From the IMG/VR virus record IMGVR_UViG_3300017780_001057, positions 1 through 37,038 of that record: DNA of 37,038 nucleotides; one strand, written 5' to 3'. Source of the stretch: a virus. Lineage: Duplodnaviria; Caudoviricetes. Positions 15,347 through 23,663 of the stretch are shown here, in pieces. The notes below the pieces were generated by a model that had not been told where the DNA came from, made no database searches, and was given only the letters and a program-made list of their open reading frames with translations. The position numbers and the translations under genes were made by a program. Numbering within the stretch: position 1 is the first letter of the stretch; each line of letters starts with the position of its first letter.

Positions 15347-15799
15347 TTACGCTCCCGGATTACGCCAGTCGGGGAAGTCGTCTTCATCGACGACGCCATC
15401 GCCGTTGATGTCGTAGCGCAGGTCGTTGCGGTACTTCTCCCACGGGGCCATGTCGTCGTCATCGTCGTTGTCTTCCACAATCGACACTTCCTGAGAGACA
15501 ACGAGCGTTGGCTGTTCAATCTGAGAGACAACGGGTTCAGGTTCTTCAACCGCGTTTATTTCAAGCGGCTGCACTTCGCCCTTCATGCCCATCAACGTGG
15601 CGTAGGAGCCAGCCACCGCGCTGACGACGGATGTCATGACGTAACCAAGCAGGCCAAAGACCTTCTCGTTGTCCACCAGTTCGTTGGACACGAACAGTCC
15701 CGCAACCATTGCAGCGGTGATTGCCAGAATGACAGCGGCCATCGTGTAGGATGCGATCATAAGCGCCTTGATGCGCGCCGTGATGAGTTGGTCTTCCAT
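15347..15799 (-). CDS. Two-TM membrane protein with acidic tail and EF-hand-like loop
   Basis: Two hydrophobic segments; DINGDGVVDEDD. Confidence 0.8.
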   Translation of the reverse strand: MEDQLITARIKALMIASYTMAAVILAITAAMVAGLFVSNELVDNEKVFGLLGYVMTSVVSAVAGSYATLMGMKGEVQPLEINAVEEPEPVVSQIEQPTLVVSQEVSIVEDNDDDDDMAPWEKYRNDLRYDINGDGVVDEDDFPDWRNPGA

Positions 15800-15975
15800 T
15801 ATTCCACCCCCACTAAGGCCAACAGAATGCCGATCAGCAGCATGATGATCGTGCCCGCGACAGTCATACCCATGCTTTCCAAACGCTTCAACCGCGCACA
15901 GATGCTCTCGTACCGCAGGGTGCAGACTTCCTCATGCGTGTTGAGACGGGCTTCGGTCTGGTCAATGGTGTTCAT
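15799..15975 (-). CDS. XhlA/holin-like coiled-coil plus C-terminal TM protein
   Basis: RLNTHEEVC.LRY..I..RLKRLE followed by TM segment. Confidence 0.75.
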   Translation of the reverse strand: MNTIDQTEARLNTHEEVCTLRYESICARLKRLESMGMTVAGTIIMLLIGILLALVGVE

Positions 15976-15976
15976 G

Positions 15977-18070
15977 TCATTGCGCTCTAAAAGGTGGCTG
16001 GTTAGGCTTACGACCATATTTCTTTTCCCATGCACGGGCTTCGATGGGGTTTAGACCGTAGTTGGGGTACGCATATTCATATCCATTTTCATCTGTCGTA
16101 TAGCTAACGCCGGTAAGCGGTGCACCTTCTTCGTTAAATTCAGGAAACTGACTTTTGTTCATCGCGTTCCGGTTTTCGGATTGCGTCATGATGTTCTGGA
16201 ACTGACCGCCAACCTTGGCAGGCGTTGACGTAAGCACATCGCCCGCAGCCTTCGTAACGGCAGCAGCGCCTCGACCTGTCATGCCAGCAAGTTCTTGCCG
16301 GACCATCGCCTTCTCAAGCGCAGCCGCCGCAGCTTGCGGGTCAAGCATTTCAGTTGCGATCTCAATGGCAATCTTGCGGTCGATCTTGCCTTCAAGACGA
16401 CGAATGATGTCGTTTGCAACTGCGGTCACGCGGTTCAGAAGATTAGGCGCACGCACACCGGTGCTCGACGCAAGCTGCCTAAGACGCGGCGACGTAGCCG
16501 CACCCTTTTGGGCTTGAAGTTTAGTGGTTGCTTGACGCGCCAAATCATCGCGGATCGCGTCGATGACCTTTACCTGATGCGGCTCAAGCAGATCGGTAAG
16601 CTGCTGGTAGCGGCTTTCGCCGGTTACTGCGCGTTTGATTGTTGTCGGGGCTTCTTTGACCGCTGCACCAAAAACATTCGCGCGTTGCGGCCCGGCGTCA
16701 TCCAAAGCGGATGTCAGTTTGCCTTCAAGAAACTGCCCGACTTCGGTCTGGTTAATCCGACGGCTTTGTTTTGCAAAAGTTTCGCGCGCGCTCTTATAGC
16801 CCGGCTCTTTGCTTTCAATCCAATTCACCAATTGATTGCGCGTGCGGCCCATAAGCCGCGCTTCGTTAGCGCCGATGCCAAACGTCGCGGGGTCTTTTAT
16901 GATGTCGTCCATAGCCGTTTTAAGGTTATGAAGGCTTTGCACAGTGTACTGCGCAGGGCTACCCGGCGTTGCCATACCAGCCATAGAGCCGGGGCGAATG
17001 TCAGGCCCAATCTGGAACGGCACGCCTTGTTCAGCCGAAATTTCAGCCGCCCGCCGCATCGCCTTATCCATAGACGGACGTTGCGTCAGCGCGCGAAATG
17101 CGTCATCGACTTCAACGACGTTCTTTTCAATAGCACCGTACTTTTGCTGGCCTGTCAGTTTGCGGCCTTTTTGTAGCGCCGACAAATCTTCCGGCGTGCC
17201 ACCTACGGTGCGGACGCCAGCTAAACGCGCTGCGTCTTGTTCTGCTGCCCGCGTAAAGTATTCAGACGGCAATGCCTTTTTAGCTTCTTCGCCCATCGCC
17301 GCAAACTTAGTCAAGTTCAGCGGCGACGCAGCTTCGGCTGCCGTCGGCATACTGCCGGGGACCATCACGTTTTGCGGGCTGCGTAGCTGCTGTATCAGTT
17401 CATTGCCGCGCCCTTCGGCAGCATCAATGTACGCCGCCGACTTAGGCGACATGATGTTGGCGATAGCCAGCGGCGCTTTTTCGGTGATCTTTGTGATGCC
17501 ACGCCCGACCGGACGCAACGCATTCACCGGGTTCGTAAGTTCTGCGCCGCGTGACAGACGTGCTGCTGTGCCGGTCATGCCTGCGCGGCCCGCTACACCA
17601 GCGCCACCAGACAAGATCGTCGAAAAATCCGCCGCAAAACCAACAGGGTCAGTCGCAATCGTGTTTTTAATTTTATCGACCGACCCATAGCGGTCGGCGT
17701 ACATACCACCAAACTGATTGGCGGTGTCCGCTGCGCGTTGGGCGGCTTCAGGATTGTCGATACTGGCAATGAAATCCATTACCGGCTGAGGCAATACGGC
17801 GCCCGCGCCTTTTTGTAGCGTACCAGCCGCGAGATCAAGCAGGCCCATCGACGTTTGCACAGGGTTTGTGACGGCCTCGAAAAGCCCCTTACCGAACTGA
17901 ATGGCGCTAGCCGGGATGTTTGAAACGGCTTCTACGCCGGTCTCTAACAGCGTCCGCCTCGGCACTGGCGCCGTAGTCGGCGTAAGCACTTGACCAAGCC
18001 CCGCATACGGATCGCGGCTCGGCTTTTCAGGTACGACAACGCCTAGACCAGCATAAGGATCAGCAGCCAT
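15977..18070 (-). CDS. Large DNA ejection / internal virion protein
   Basis: Ala/Gly-rich helical; DPYAGLG twice at N-terminus; last of three, position of P22 gp16. Confidence 0.7.
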   Translation of the reverse strand: MAADPYAGLGVVVPEKPSRDPYAGLGQVLTPTTAPVPRRTLLETGVEAVSNIPASAIQFGKGLFEAVTNPVQTSMGLLDLAAGTLQKGAGAVLPQPVMDFIASIDNPEAAQRAADTANQFGGMYADRYGSVDKIKNTIATDPVGFAADFSTILSGGAGVAGRAGMTGTAARLSRGAELTNPVNALRPVGRGITKITEKAPLAIANIMSPKSAAYIDAAEGRGNELIQQLRSPQNVMVPGSMPTAAEAASPLNLTKFAAMGEEAKKALPSEYFTRAAEQDAARLAGVRTVGGTPEDLSALQKGRKLTGQQKYGAIEKNVVEVDDAFRALTQRPSMDKAMRRAAEISAEQGVPFQIGPDIRPGSMAGMATPGSPAQYTVQSLHNLKTAMDDIIKDPATFGIGANEARLMGRTRNQLVNWIESKEPGYKSARETFAKQSRRINQTEVGQFLEGKLTSALDDAGPQRANVFGAAVKEAPTTIKRAVTGESRYQQLTDLLEPHQVKVIDAIRDDLARQATTKLQAQKGAATSPRLRQLASSTGVRAPNLLNRVTAVANDIIRRLEGKIDRKIAIEIATEMLDPQAAAAALEKAMVRQELAGMTGRGAAAVTKAAGDVLTSTPAKVGGQFQNIMTQSENRNAMNKSQFPEFNEEGAPLTGVSYTTDENGYEYAYPNYGLNPIEARAWEKKYGRKPNQPPFRAQ

Positions 18071-19731
18071 TAGTTCTTCCTCATGAGCCGACCGTCTGTG
18101 GTGCGAAATGTGGTCCCTTTAGGGGCTTTGCGCACTTGATCCGGTGTGAGTACAGGATATTTCTGACCAGCCTTCGGCGCCCCTTGTGACGCAGTGCCAC
18201 CGGCTTCAGGAAGTTGGAACCGACCGGGGTAGCGGGCAAAGTCTTCAACATACTGGTTTTCATATGCGTCGCGTGTGATCGACGCCGCGCGGCGTGCTTG
18301 ACCTTCGATAATGTCAAGCTGGTTGTCTAAATCGCCCGGTTCCATGCCAGTCACATCCAAACTGGCGATCATGTCGCTAACGATGCGCCACTCTTGCACA
18401 GCCATCTGGCCGATGGCGCCGGTCAAGGTCGCAGCGGCCTTACCCATTTCAGTGACTTTACCCTGAAGATTTTTTAGTTTTGTGTCGGCGGAACGCGACG
18501 AAGGCAAGATTGAGTATGTATAGCCGCTCAAACCTGTGATGGCTTCTTTTTGATCCTGCGACAAATTGCGAACGTCATTAACCGCGCGCGAAACACCATC
18601 CATCATTTCGATAGTGCTGCGCGCAGACTTGTAGTCCTTGGCGATGTTATCGCGCAATTTCATTTCTTGCGGCGCCGTCAAGGGTTTTGGCCCTGCGTCG
18701 CGCTGTGCGTCGATGCGTGCTTTTTCTTTTAGATAAACTTCTTGTGGCGTCTCACGCGGCTGCGGGCCTACAGGCGGTGCGGGGACACGGGCGCGGAACG
18801 GCGTCGGCGCTTCGACGTAGCCTTCATATGGGCCGCCAACACCGCGATCACCTGATACAAGACCCGGCTGGTCAGGGGTGCCAGCGCCGCCAAACGCAGC
18901 TTGGGCTTCGTTGCGAATGCCAGCCATGCGCTGCGGATCAAAACGCGGCATAGCCTGACGGATCGACGCCGCTATCTGTGGGTTCTGAAGGTCAATCGCT
19001 TTAAGCACCGATTGGTATTCGGCGTCGTTGCTTACGTTCGACAACACTGACGCAACGCCAGCCACATCATTTCCGCCAGCGCCCATCGGTGCAGGTTCCA
19101 TCGGGCCACCAACGCCGCCGTCCTGCACATAAGTTTTAGATTTAACGAGCGATGGTGCTCGGCCACCGCCATAAGTAAGAACGCCGACTTCACCTTTTTC
19201 GCCGATGATTTCTTTCGACCGGATTTCCTCAATATCAAATTTTATGCGCTCTGCCGATTTAAGCGCAGAAAGATTTGTGTTTGTGCGCCAAGACGCAAAT
19301 TGCGCGGGATCGGAAGGCATCTTACTGAGCGCGCTATCGACGTTCGCGGCAAACTCTGGGTATGCTTGCTTCAGCATTCCGCCGATGGCGGTCGCCTCTT
19401 CAGGGGTATTAGCTTTGCTCAACTGTTCGTATGAAGCACCAAGAAAATTGATAGCGTATTCGGCGTTTTTAGCTTTTGTCTCAAACGCGCTCTTACGCAA
19501 CGCCGCCGCACCTTCAGGGTCAAGACCCGAAAGTTGGTTAAACCCTTCCGGCGTTGTGATGTCTACGCCGCTTTGGGCCAGACGACGGAACTCATCGGCG
19601 CGCTGAAAGGCATTTTGCTTTTCCTGCGCGATAGCCGTGTTAGCCATTATATTGGCGTAGCGCGCGTTAATCGCACCCATATCCGGCAATTGAGGGCCAC
19701 GGGCTTGAAGAGCAATCATCTGGTTAGCCAT
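18070..19731 (-). CDS. DNA ejection / internal virion protein
   Basis: Position of P22 gp20; C-terminal APKGTTFRTTDGRLMRK module. Confidence 0.7.
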   Translation of the reverse strand: MANQMIALQARGPQLPDMGAINARYANIMANTAIAQEKQNAFQRADEFRRLAQSGVDITTPEGFNQLSGLDPEGAAALRKSAFETKAKNAEYAINFLGASYEQLSKANTPEEATAIGGMLKQAYPEFAANVDSALSKMPSDPAQFASWRTNTNLSALKSAERIKFDIEEIRSKEIIGEKGEVGVLTYGGGRAPSLVKSKTYVQDGGVGGPMEPAPMGAGGNDVAGVASVLSNVSNDAEYQSVLKAIDLQNPQIAASIRQAMPRFDPQRMAGIRNEAQAAFGGAGTPDQPGLVSGDRGVGGPYEGYVEAPTPFRARVPAPPVGPQPRETPQEVYLKEKARIDAQRDAGPKPLTAPQEMKLRDNIAKDYKSARSTIEMMDGVSRAVNDVRNLSQDQKEAITGLSGYTYSILPSSRSADTKLKNLQGKVTEMGKAAATLTGAIGQMAVQEWRIVSDMIASLDVTGMEPGDLDNQLDIIEGQARRAASITRDAYENQYVEDFARYPGRFQLPEAGGTASQGAPKAGQKYPVLTPDQVRKAPKGTTFRTTDGRLMRKN

Positions 19732-19742
19732 TATCTTTACCT

Positions 19743-20879
19743 TTAATAGCCGGAAGCATATGGGTTGATGTAGCCTCGGTTTATTATCCCGCCGCCGCCG
19801 CCGAATGATCCGCCAGTAGCCGGAGTGGTGCTAGCTGCGCCGCGATTGTAATATCCAATCATAGCATTGTTTAGCGGCTGGTTAACGTAATAATTTGTTA
19901 AAGAACCTAAGCCCTGATTGATTGCATTTCCTGTGGCAACATAACCAGACGCGCGTGCAGCGCCAGCGTTTGTAACTGCTGCGGCCTCATTCGCGCCCGC
20001 ATTCCCCGCCGCGTTTGTGACCATGTTAGTGGCGTTTTGTCCCGCGCCCATCAACGAGAAAAGCGGGTTAAGCTGGTTAGAACGGTTCACTTGATAGCGG
20101 TTAAAGGCATTAGTATATTCGGTGCTCGCCAAGTCCTGACCAAAGCGTTGGATGCCTTTCAGTGTACCGCCGGACAGCAGACCGCCGCGCGCCGCTGCCG
20201 ACCGTTCCAGCGCCTTCATGCCTTCAGACTGACGGAATGCGTAGCCGGGGTCGGCTTCAAAATCCTTCATGCTGAAGTCGCGCGCGTATTTACCGTAGTC
20301 GCTTTCCGGCGGTGCTGCTGCGGGGGCTGCTGCTGCGGGTGCGGCCATCATATTAACGTCCGCAGGCAACGGGTTTTCCGCCATGTAGGCATTTACGTCA
20401 GTGATAAAGTTGCCCTGTGCGTCCCGATAGACGCCGGTCCGTTGACCATCAATCAGGAAGTCAGGATCGTAATTGCCTTCCGCATCCATCAAGTACGACG
20501 TGTCGCCGTATTGCCGACCCATGATATTGGGGATTTTAATTTCGGTCAGGCCATAATCTTCTGGTGTTCGTGCGGTCGGCGCAAACGCATTTACGTTAGG
20601 TTGATTAGTCGGCGCAAACGTATTTACGTTGGGTTGCCGAACCGGTTCAGGACGCGGGCCAAGGCCAAGCAGTTCCAAAACACGGTTCTGCGCGGTAAGG
20701 CCACCTTGCCGAAAAGGTTCGTTAAGTTCTTTCTGTTCTTCAAACGTACTTTCGGCAATGTTTTTCGCTTCTTCTGCCGCTTTTCCTTGCGCTTTAGCGG
20801 CTTTGCTGGACGCGATTACGGTGGTGCCTGCCCCGATGGCGGCGGCACCTAGGATTGCCGCTGCGGTTGTGATAGCCAT
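19743..20879 (-). CDS. DNA ejection (pilot) protein, P22 gp7-like
   Basis: Ala/Gly N-terminus; DPGYAFR...G..A...SAAARGGLLSG. Confidence 0.8.
   Translation of the reverse strand: MAITTAAAILGAAAIGAGTTVIASSKAAKAQGKAAEEAKNIAESTFEEQKELNEPFRQGGLTAQNRVLELLGLGPRPEPVRQPNVNTFAPTNQPNVNAFAPTARTPEDYGLTEIKIPNIMGRQYGDTSYLMDAEGNYDPDFLIDGQRTGVYRDAQGNFITDVNAYMAENPLPADVNMMAAPAAAAPAAAPPESDYGKYARDFSMKDFEADPGYAFRQSEGMKALERSAAARGGLLSGGTLKGIQRFGQDLASTEYTNAFNRYQVNRSNQLNPLFSLMGAGQNATNMVTNAAGNAGANEAAAVTNAGAARASGYVATGNAINQGLGSLTNYYVNQPLNNAMIGYYNRGAASTTPATGGSFGGGGGIINRGYINPYASGY
20575..20636. repeat. 33-bp-period tandem duplication in pilot gene
   Basis: Encodes QPNVNTFAPT-N-QPNVNAFAPT. Confidence 0.85.
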
Positions 20880-21343
20880 TACAATAAACCTTTCACATAC
20901 GTTCGTTCAACAGGAGCATAACCGCCGCGCTTGTACACCTTTTCCATCGTATCGACGCGCGCATCAGCTAACGCGATCATAAACATGGCTTCAGCCCCTA
21001 TGGCTTTAGCCCATTTTTCGATGGTTTGGAACAGCAATTTTGATGCTGGCCCACCGCGCGCATCCGGCGTCAAATACCACCACAGTTCCTGCGCCACCAA
21101 CTTGCTTGGGTTAAAGTACATTGGGTACGCCAAAGCGCCTGTAATGCCGATTATCTCGCCCGCTTCTTCGGCAACTAAGATCAACATATTGGGGTTGCCT
21201 AACGCTGCCAAAACAAACGCCGCTGTACCTTCGCGGTCAAACGGAACGATATGACTGATCGGCGTTTTAGCGACAAACGCTGCCGCCAAGTCCATATAGG
21301 CTGGGATGTCTTCTGCCGTGGGAATGCGGACAGAGACAGACAT
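20879..21343 (-). CDS. GNAT-family acetyltransferase
   Basis: AQELWWYLTPDARGG, KVYKRGGY; usual position upstream of ejection genes. Confidence 0.85.
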   Translation of the reverse strand: MSVSVRIPTAEDIPAYMDLAAAFVAKTPISHIVPFDREGTAAFVLAALGNPNMLILVAEEAGEIIGITGALAYPMYFNPSKLVAQELWWYLTPDARGGPASKLLFQTIEKWAKAIGAEAMFMIALADARVDTMEKVYKRGGYAPVERTYVKGLL

Positions 21344-21678
21344 TAGCTGACCAGACGGCCTGACGCGCGGATGTTGATGGCGGTCGCCGTTCCTGCAATC
21401 GTCGAGATGAACCCGCTGACCGGAAGGACGTGACCGACCAGTTCAGGGAAGGTGTACGTCTCAGAAGCCTGAAGCGTTTTGGTCTTGACAATCAAGTTCT
21501 GGTTGCCAGCGGTGTCGGTCGGCGTGACGAGGTTGACGCTGATCGTCGCTGCCGAGGCGCTGTAGTTGGTGGCCGTGAACTTGTCGATGATCGTCTGCAC
21601 GCCCGTGGACGTGTACTGCGTCGTCTGCGAGTTCTCAGCGACCTTCGCCGGGATGATATTACTGATCGAGACTGCCAT
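21343..21678 (-). CDS. Small beta-rich virion protein
   Basis: IIDKFTATN, ETYTFPELVG, INIRASG; structural context. Confidence 0.75.
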   Translation of the reverse strand: MAVSISNIIPAKVAENSQTTQYTSTGVQTIIDKFTATNYSASAATISVNLVTPTDTAGNQNLIVKTKTLQASETYTFPELVGHVLPVSGFISTIAGTATAINIRASGRLVS

Positions 21679-21691
21679 GATAATCTCCGAG

Positions 21692-23596
21692 TTACGCCGT
21701 GATGCCGGTCACAAAGATGCCCGCGCCGCTGGTGCCAGACGCGCCTGCCGTTGTGTAATAGCCCGGCGATGTGATCTGGATTGAGTTGATCTGGACCTTG
21801 TTTGCCGCGCCGCCAGTAATTGCTGTTGGTTCAAACAATGTGGGGTCAATCGACGCTTTGTTCAAAGCGGTCCCAACCGAATAAAAGCCCTGCGCGAAGG
21901 CGTTGCTTTTGCCGTCAATGCTGCAAGCTACAGTGATGCGTTCTGCCGTGTTAACCAAGACGGCGGCAGACCCAGCATTACCTGTATTGGGGTTGTTAAT
22001 CGTCGCCTCAATCTGGCAGTTGACTGCGCCGCCGTCGATTTCAACTGGCTTGTAAAAATCTTCGATGATGACCGAACTATCGACCTTCACGTTTGACTGC
22101 TGGCTGATGTAGATGCCTTTGTTGCTTGTGCCAGTGCTGCTTAAAATTTGAACGCCGCCGTCAATTGAAACGGAACCGGCATTGGCACTCCCTGTAATCC
22201 AAATACCTTTACTACCTATGCCGGTATCGTTAATTTGAATGTAGCCGCCGGTAATGGTCACCATTCCGGTGTCGTTCAAAGCGTTAATTAAAATGCCTGT
22301 CCCATTACATTGGTCGATAACGACATTGCGCAGGTGCAAATCAAGTTTGCCGTAAGTGCCTGACGCGCCAGCGCCGGTCACCCAAATACCATTAGGCACT
22401 GCCGATGTTTCAAGATCATCGACAAAGAGATCAGCAAAATCTCCGTTTGCAAAAAGCCCGGTTGGATCAACCAGCGCCGGGGCGCCGCCCATCGAAACAT
22501 TGCATCGGTTAAGATACAGCGACGGATTGCCACCAGCCAGAATAGCTGGGGCACCTTGCGCCCAAAAACCACGAAAGAAGTCGTTTGTTCCGCCAAAAAC
22601 AGCGGATCGAAACGCGACGCAATCATCGACTTTGGTGTAGACAGCGCCATAAAAATAGAAGCCGATGATTGGCTCCCATGCTGCGCAATTCTTAATTTGG
22701 CAATTAACGAGATACTGCACCAGCCAGTTTTTGACGGCGCTGCTTTCGTTACCTGACGACGGAGGTGTCGGGGTGACACCGTATTGAGCCGAAAGATTTT
22801 CGACCGTGATATTACGGTAATATAGGCTTGTGCTGGCGGGCGCGCTGTCAGGCCCAACTTGAATGATATTGGCAGCCGCGTTCACGGAAATGATCCGAGT
22901 GCCCGTACCTGTGTCATATCCATTTGACAGGACGCAACCGCGGATGGTGCGATACTGCACGTTAAATTTAAGCGTCGCGTTGACCCAATAGTCTGCAAGA
23001 CTAAAATTAACAACGGGGCAGAGCGCAAGGCACGCATGAATTGCGGTTACGTTTGTGGCTGCGGCTGCGCTAGTGTTCGTAACGGCACCGAACCATTCAG
23101 GATAGCCGTTAATTCCGTCCCACTCACGCTCCCAATAGAAGTTGGCGGTGTTGGACGGGACGTAAATACCCTGTTGCGGGTCGCTAGGTGCAGTACCTGC
23201 ACGGCAAATAAATGTACCTTCGCGGCCTGTGTCCGTGACGAACACAACGCTGCCCGCCGACGGCGATACAGACGGCAGATTGGCAATTGTGGTGGTGACG
23301 AACAACGCGATGCCGGGGACGTTGTCCATCGTCCAGATCGTGACGTTGCTGGAGTTTGCCAGAACAAACTTATATGTATCCGTCGAGTTCAGCCACACCT
23401 GCGACGGCGGGCGCCCGGCGGAGTTAAGAACAATCGGATTGGTGTTGGCTGTGCCACCGCTGGACGACGTGTAGGTCGTAGCGGGCGTGGTCGTGCCAGC
23501 CGCGTAGGTGTACAAAAGACCGCCCGACAGGGGGTCGCCATTGCTGTCGAAGAACTGCCATCCGGCCCCGGCCAACGGCGAAAGATTAACGGTCAT
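21692..23596 (-). CDS. Tailspike / depolymerase (virion-binding N-terminus plus beta-helix)
   Basis: QFFDSNGDPLSGG.LYTY.AGTTTP..TY, PEWFGA, G/N/I-rich beta-helix-like repeats. Confidence 0.8.
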   Translation of the reverse strand: MTVNLSPLAGAGWQFFDSNGDPLSGGLLYTYAAGTTTPATTYTSSSGGTANTNPIVLNSAGRPPSQVWLNSTDTYKFVLANSSNVTIWTMDNVPGIALFVTTTIANLPSVSPSAGSVVFVTDTGREGTFICRAGTAPSDPQQGIYVPSNTANFYWEREWDGINGYPEWFGAVTNTSAAAATNVTAIHACLALCPVVNFSLADYWVNATLKFNVQYRTIRGCVLSNGYDTGTGTRIISVNAAANIIQVGPDSAPASTSLYYRNITVENLSAQYGVTPTPPSSGNESSAVKNWLVQYLVNCQIKNCAAWEPIIGFYFYGAVYTKVDDCVAFRSAVFGGTNDFFRGFWAQGAPAILAGGNPSLYLNRCNVSMGGAPALVDPTGLFANGDFADLFVDDLETSAVPNGIWVTGAGASGTYGKLDLHLRNVVIDQCNGTGILINALNDTGMVTITGGYIQINDTGIGSKGIWITGSANAGSVSIDGGVQILSSTGTSNKGIYISQQSNVKVDSSVIIEDFYKPVEIDGGAVNCQIEATINNPNTGNAGSAAVLVNTAERITVACSIDGKSNAFAQGFYSVGTALNKASIDPTLFEPTAITGGAANKVQINSIQITSPGYYTTAGASGTSGAGIFVTGITA

Positions 23597-23663
23597 TGCT
23601 AGTCCTTTTGATGGAGGCCGTAATGCAAGGCGTGATATTACGGCATAATCTCATTTTTGTAAA

